Assembly: GCA_963707655.1 (NCBI GenBank)
Contig: OY970172.1
Coordinates: 480,001 to 544,000, forward strand
Origin: an uncultured bacterium
Lineage (GTDB): Bacteria; Babelota; Babeliae; Babelales; Vermiphilaceae
DNA length: 64,000 nt
Reading direction: 5' to 3'
In this document: positions 60,412 through 64,000 of the stretch, in pieces
How the letters are laid out: every line of letters begins with the position of its first letter
Position numbering within the stretch: position 1 is the stretch's first letter
Program-made: the position numbers and the translations under genes
The notes under the pieces: generated by a model
What the model saw: only the letters and a program-made list of their open reading frames with translations
What the model was told of the DNA's origin: nothing
The model's database searches: none

Positions 60412-61878
60412 TTATGCCGCTTTGTTTATACGCTCTTGGTATGCGTGCCACGCGCGATTTTTGTATTCATGGGCCACAACAGATGGCTGCGTTGTCTGAT
60501 AAATAGCGCGGCCCACAATAACAATATCGCTTTTTTGTTCACTAATCGCATATTCAGGAGTGTTATAACGTTGATTTAGCACGTCTTGCTGCAGTGTGCC
60601 ATGAATGCCGGGGGTACAGACGATAAAGAAAGGGTTATCATTTAACGCTTCCTGTGCTATAAAGCCAACAACAAAATCATCATACAGATTTGCCATTTCA
60701 ACTACCCGCTGCGTGTAAGTATCATCAATCATATTGTTACGGCTACTCAATTGTGCAACCAAAAGCAAGCCGCATTCATTGTTTGGTGCCGCTTCTGCCA
60801 ACGCCTTGATTGTTTCCGGACCGGCAATCGCATGCGCAATCACGATGTCTGCCCATTGGCTAATGTGATACGTGCCACCAGTATATTGGTGTTGCACGGT
60901 GGAACCGATATCGGCAAATTTGCGATCTTCAACAATCAGAAAATTATGCTTGCGGGCAAGAGATTGTAATTGCTCAATAAGCTCATCATCAAAATCTTCG
61001 ATCATATCAATGTGAGTTTTTAAAAAACAAATTTCAGATCCCACTGCATCGGCAAGAGCGAGCAAAGCTGCTTTGGTAGTAACATCTGCAGCAACGGCAA
61101 GATTGCTTTGTTTGTCGTGCATGATAGTAAATAATTTTTTTGCGGTGCGATTATGCGCCAATGCAGCGCGCTGATCATAGGTAAGTATGGTATTCGCGGC
61201 AATACGGTGACTAGCGCAAAATTGTTTAATTTCGGCAGCTTTCTCATACGTAATGTATCCTTGGCCGGCGAGTGCCTGTAATATTTCTGACATCGTGAAC
61301 AAGACATGTACTCGATAGCCATGTTGTTGTATATGAGCAACACCCCCCTGCTCTCGATCAATCACCACAAATACATCATGTACGATTAATCCCTCAGCCT
61401 CGAGCCCTTTTACCGATTCCAAAATACTGCCACCGGTAGTCACCACATCTTCAACCAACGCGCATCTGTTGCCGGGGGCGAACATCCCTTCAATTAATTT
61501 TTTTGTGCCATATGCCTTTGCTTCTTTGCGCTGCATGATCATAGGACAATTGCTTTTCAACGCAATTGCTGTTGTTAACGGCACCGCAGCGTAAGGCACA
61601 CCGCAGAGCAGATCAAAAGATCTATTCACCATTTTTTCTTCCATAAGATGCGCAAGAAGGCGCAATGCTTCCGTATCGGAAATAATCATACGCATGTCAA
61701 AATAAATGGGAGAAACGGAACCGTTTTTAAGCGCAACATCTTGTATTTTTATTGCACCCATCTGATACAGCTCTTTTATTAAATCTTTTTTTAACTGGTG
61801 ATGAGAGCGAGAATAATCAAAACTGCTTGCCTGCAATGAAAGAGAACACAACACTAAGAGCATTATTCGACAGATCAT
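60412..61878 (-). CDS. Bifunctional UMP synthase (OPRT-OMPDC fusion) with an N-terminal signal peptide
   Basis: OPRT: LKNGSVSPIYFD, VEDVVTTGGS. OMPDC: LKTHID, EDRKFADIGST, TPG, QRY.TP, IVGR. Start at 61878 after an AAGGTGA RBS. Confidence 0.92.
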   Translation of the reverse strand: MICRIMLLVLCSLSLQASSFDYSRSHHQLKKDLIKELYQMGAIKIQDVALKNGSVSPIYFDMRMIISDTEALRLLAHLMEEKMVNRSFDLLCGVPYAAVPLTTAIALKSNCPMIMQRKEAKAYGTKKLIEGMFAPGNRCALVEDVVTTGGSILESVKGLEAEGLIVHDVFVVIDREQGGVAHIQQHGYRVHVLFTMSEILQALAGQGYITYEKAAEIKQFCASHRIAANTILTYDQRAALAHNRTAKKLFTIMHDKQSNLAVAADVTTKAALLALADAVGSEICFLKTHIDMIEDFDDELIEQLQSLARKHNFLIVEDRKFADIGSTVQHQYTGGTYHISQWADIVIAHAIAGPETIKALAEAAPNNECGLLLVAQLSSRNNMIDDTYTQRVVEMANLYDDFVVGFIAQEALNDNPFFIVCTPGIHGTLQQDVLNQRYNTPEYAISEQKSDIVIVGRAIYQTTQPSVVAHEYKNRAWHAYQERINKAA

Positions 61879-62065
61879 AGCTTCACCTTTTTTTGTAGTA
61901 TGGTTATTAAAAATCTGTGATGAAAATACCAAATTTGTAGAAAAATAAAAATTACTTGTTATGGGTTTATAAGTAAATAAAAGTGTAGCAATCAAAAATG
62001 GACGCTTTGTATAATAGGAAATGCATCTGCTTCTTGCGATTTGATTATTGTGTATAAGGCTAAAG

Positions 62066-62950
62066 ATGAATATTTTTCTTTTTATCGTGCTTATAATGAG
62101 CACATCTCTTGGCGCCATTTCAAATAAAGAAGGGTATGCTATGCAAATCCATGAAGGTAATTTGTTGCTACCCATTTCCCAGCGCCCAACTCCCTTCTAT
62201 TCTTTCGGTCAAACCATAGCAGATACAAACGATTTTTTGTTTTTTGAATCAATTACCGCTTTGGAAGGCAAACAGAGAGAAAAAGAATATATCAATTCGA
62301 TACCACAATTTCTCTATGCCCCGACTGATGATCTCGCGCTTTTAATCGTTCCCATGCAAGCGCTGAATTATAGGTTGAATAACTGCTCTTCATCAGGATT
62401 TGCCGATACCTTGGTACAACTCGAATATGCCTATACAAAACAATATAAGGAAACAAGTACAAAACGAGCGACTATTATTGGCGCTATTCAATTGCCAACT
62501 GGGTCGGCCCACAAAAACCCGCCAACCGGCTTTGGTTCACCGAGTTTCTTCTTCGGACTTACGGGTTATCGCACTGCAATTAATTGGTACTGCTATGCTT
62601 CTCCCGGCTGTTATCTGACCACGCCACGCAATGGCACTAAATTTGGCAATCAATTTTTGTATCAAGTAGGCGTTGGTCATAATCTTCATCATTTTAAAAA
62701 ATGGATCTTATTGCTTCTGATTGAAGGCAACGGCATTTATTCACAACGCGATAAAATTGATGGATGCATTAATCCCAATTCCGGCGGCAATATTTTTTAT
62801 GTTGGCCCCACCTTATTTCTTTCAAACAAACGTTTTATTTTCAAAGTCGGCATACAATGCCCAGTGGCTCAACATCTCTATGGGGCACAACCTCAAAACA
62901 GAATTTTAGCCGGTATAAGAATTGGGATTAAATTTACCAATGTTAACTAA
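62066..62950 (+). CDS. Putative outer-membrane beta-barrel / transporter-family protein
   Basis: Signal peptide; SGFADT..QLEY, LPTG...PPTGFGS, NSGGN...GP motifs. Confidence 0.65.
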   Translation: MNIFLFIVLIMSTSLGAISNKEGYAMQIHEGNLLLPISQRPTPFYSFGQTIADTNDFLFFESITALEGKQREKEYINSIPQFLYAPTDDLALLIVPMQALNYRLNNCSSSGFADTLVQLEYAYTKQYKETSTKRATIIGAIQLPTGSAHKNPPTGFGSPSFFFGLTGYRTAINWYCYASPGCYLTTPRNGTKFGNQFLYQVGVGHNLHHFKKWILLLLIEGNGIYSQRDKIDGCINPNSGGNIFYVGPTLFLSNKRFIFKVGIQCPVAQHLYGAQPQNRILAGIRIGIKFTNVN

Positions 62951-62971
62951 TATCGTTTATGGCTATGTGCA

Positions 62972-63538
62972 TTATTTGCGTATACTCTTTGCCGCGAGTG
63001 AAAGCATGATCCATGTCCAACCGGTAAAAATCATATCAACGCCCAGCAGCAATCCGAGAGCCCAAACTCCTGACACCGGCCACTGTTGCCAAATAAGAAT
63101 GCCCAAAATAGTGGTACAAATACCATTTATCAAAAGCCATAATCTGTGCGGCATCTGATTTAAAAGAGCAAAGATAACTTTTAAAATTCCCGATACAATG
63201 AAAAATATTGAGAGTACAAAGGTTAAACTAATGGCGTTTATCACCGGGTTATATATCATGTAACAACCGGCAACAAGAGAGAGTACGCTTAAAAACATAT
63301 GAAGAAAAAAATTACTCCAGCGATTTAATTTAAACGCCTGAATTCCTTCAAAAACCCCCAGAATTATGAGCGCAACGCCAAGGTATATGACAGAAAAAAT
63401 AGTCGCCGTATATGCGTAATAAATTGCCAGACTTCCTAAAATTACCAGCCCTATGCCCAGAGCCAGATACCAGCCCCAATTTTCTTTTAATTGCTTAAGT
63501 GATAATGGATTTTTTTCTGCTGCAAAAATATTTTTCAT
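62972..63538 (-). CDS. HdeD/DUF308 family membrane protein
   Basis: WGWYLALGI; six TMs; WP....W.LGLLLGVD...GW. Confidence 0.88.
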   Translation of the reverse strand: MKNIFAAEKNPLSLKQLKENWGWYLALGIGLVILGSLAIYYAYTATIFSVIYLGVALIILGVFEGIQAFKLNRWSNFFLHMFLSVLSLVAGCYMIYNPVINAISLTFVLSIFFIVSGILKVIFALLNQMPHRLWLLINGICTTILGILIWQQWPVSGVWALGLLLGVDMIFTGWTWIMLSLAAKSIRK

Positions 63539-63586
63539 GATGATTTTTTCCTCACGATAATGGGGATAAACTTTATTCATATCATC

Positions 63587-63834
63587 TTATGAAAAATCAG
63601 GCACCATAATCAATACATGAGCGGTAACTAGCTGTTCTTGCCACTCATCCAGGCTTAAAATCTTGGAGAGGTTTCTCTGGAGAGTAGAATACCCTGCAAA
63701 CATCACCCCAAGAAAACCACGCTCTTTAGCTTGTTCTGTTGCGGTTTCCTTTTTATTGTTTGCCACAGTATTTACCACAGTAGTAGTCACCGAAAAATTA
63801 ATATTATATTTATAAGTAATGCTTTATTCATCAT
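63587..63834 (-). pseudogene. Small secreted protein with a probable homopolymer frameshift near 63795
   Basis: MMNKALLINIILIF from the ATG at 63834 joins SVTTTVVNTVANNKK... if one T is added to the T run. Confidence 0.45.
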
Positions 63835-64000
63835 GTTTTTCACCACAATTTATTATAGAGTTGATTGTATTTGAACATTAATTTCATTAATTTTATTGGT
63901 ACCCAATACCCAAACGGAAATCAGAGTGATCAATCGCATTTTCTCATATAACCTTCTAATACAATAAAATTTAATTAATGCTGTATCAAAACACTCATCC

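Noticed and set aside
61879..62175. 99-aa N-terminal extension of UMP synthase in the ORF track
   Set aside because: Overlaps the divergent gene and promoter region; the RBS supports the ATG at 61878.

Overview
Bacterial chromosomal window, standard genetic code. Gene content and style (housekeeping genes interspersed with many signal-peptide-bearing ankyrin, WD40, SEL1 and orphan proteins) suggest an intracellular parasite of eukaryotes, most like Dependentiae/Babeliae (TM6); this assignment is inference. Housekeeping features: rnpB, nth, thrS, ogt, a heavily frameshifted lepA, a troABCD-type Mn/Zn transporter, grpE, ssb, mnmA, argS, tsf, frr, tRNA-Lys(CTT), tRNA-Leu(TAG), a tig-like gene, trxB, rpmH, rnpA and a PIN-PhoH gene. 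Top candidate for an undescribed system: two tandem ~900-aa membrane one-component regulators (multi-TM sensor, GAF/PAS-like region, degenerate sigma54-type AAA+, Fis-type HTH). Each has an unannotated, divergently transcribed 26-35 aa hydrophobic peptide gene ending in [Y/F]PPNx, and both peptide genes sit behind an identical TTGATC-N17-TATACT promoter, which suggests cognate peptide-receptor signalling pairs. Other highlights: Skp1-like+WD40 secreted proteins inside the tro operon, SEL1 proteins with a putative nuclease tip, pyrimidine enzymes with signal peptides, a secreted C-terminal J-domain protein, a recurring Met-acidic mature N-terminus, and a palindromic repeat family that also occurs in frame within a gene. 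No database searches were run; family calls come from recognised motifs.
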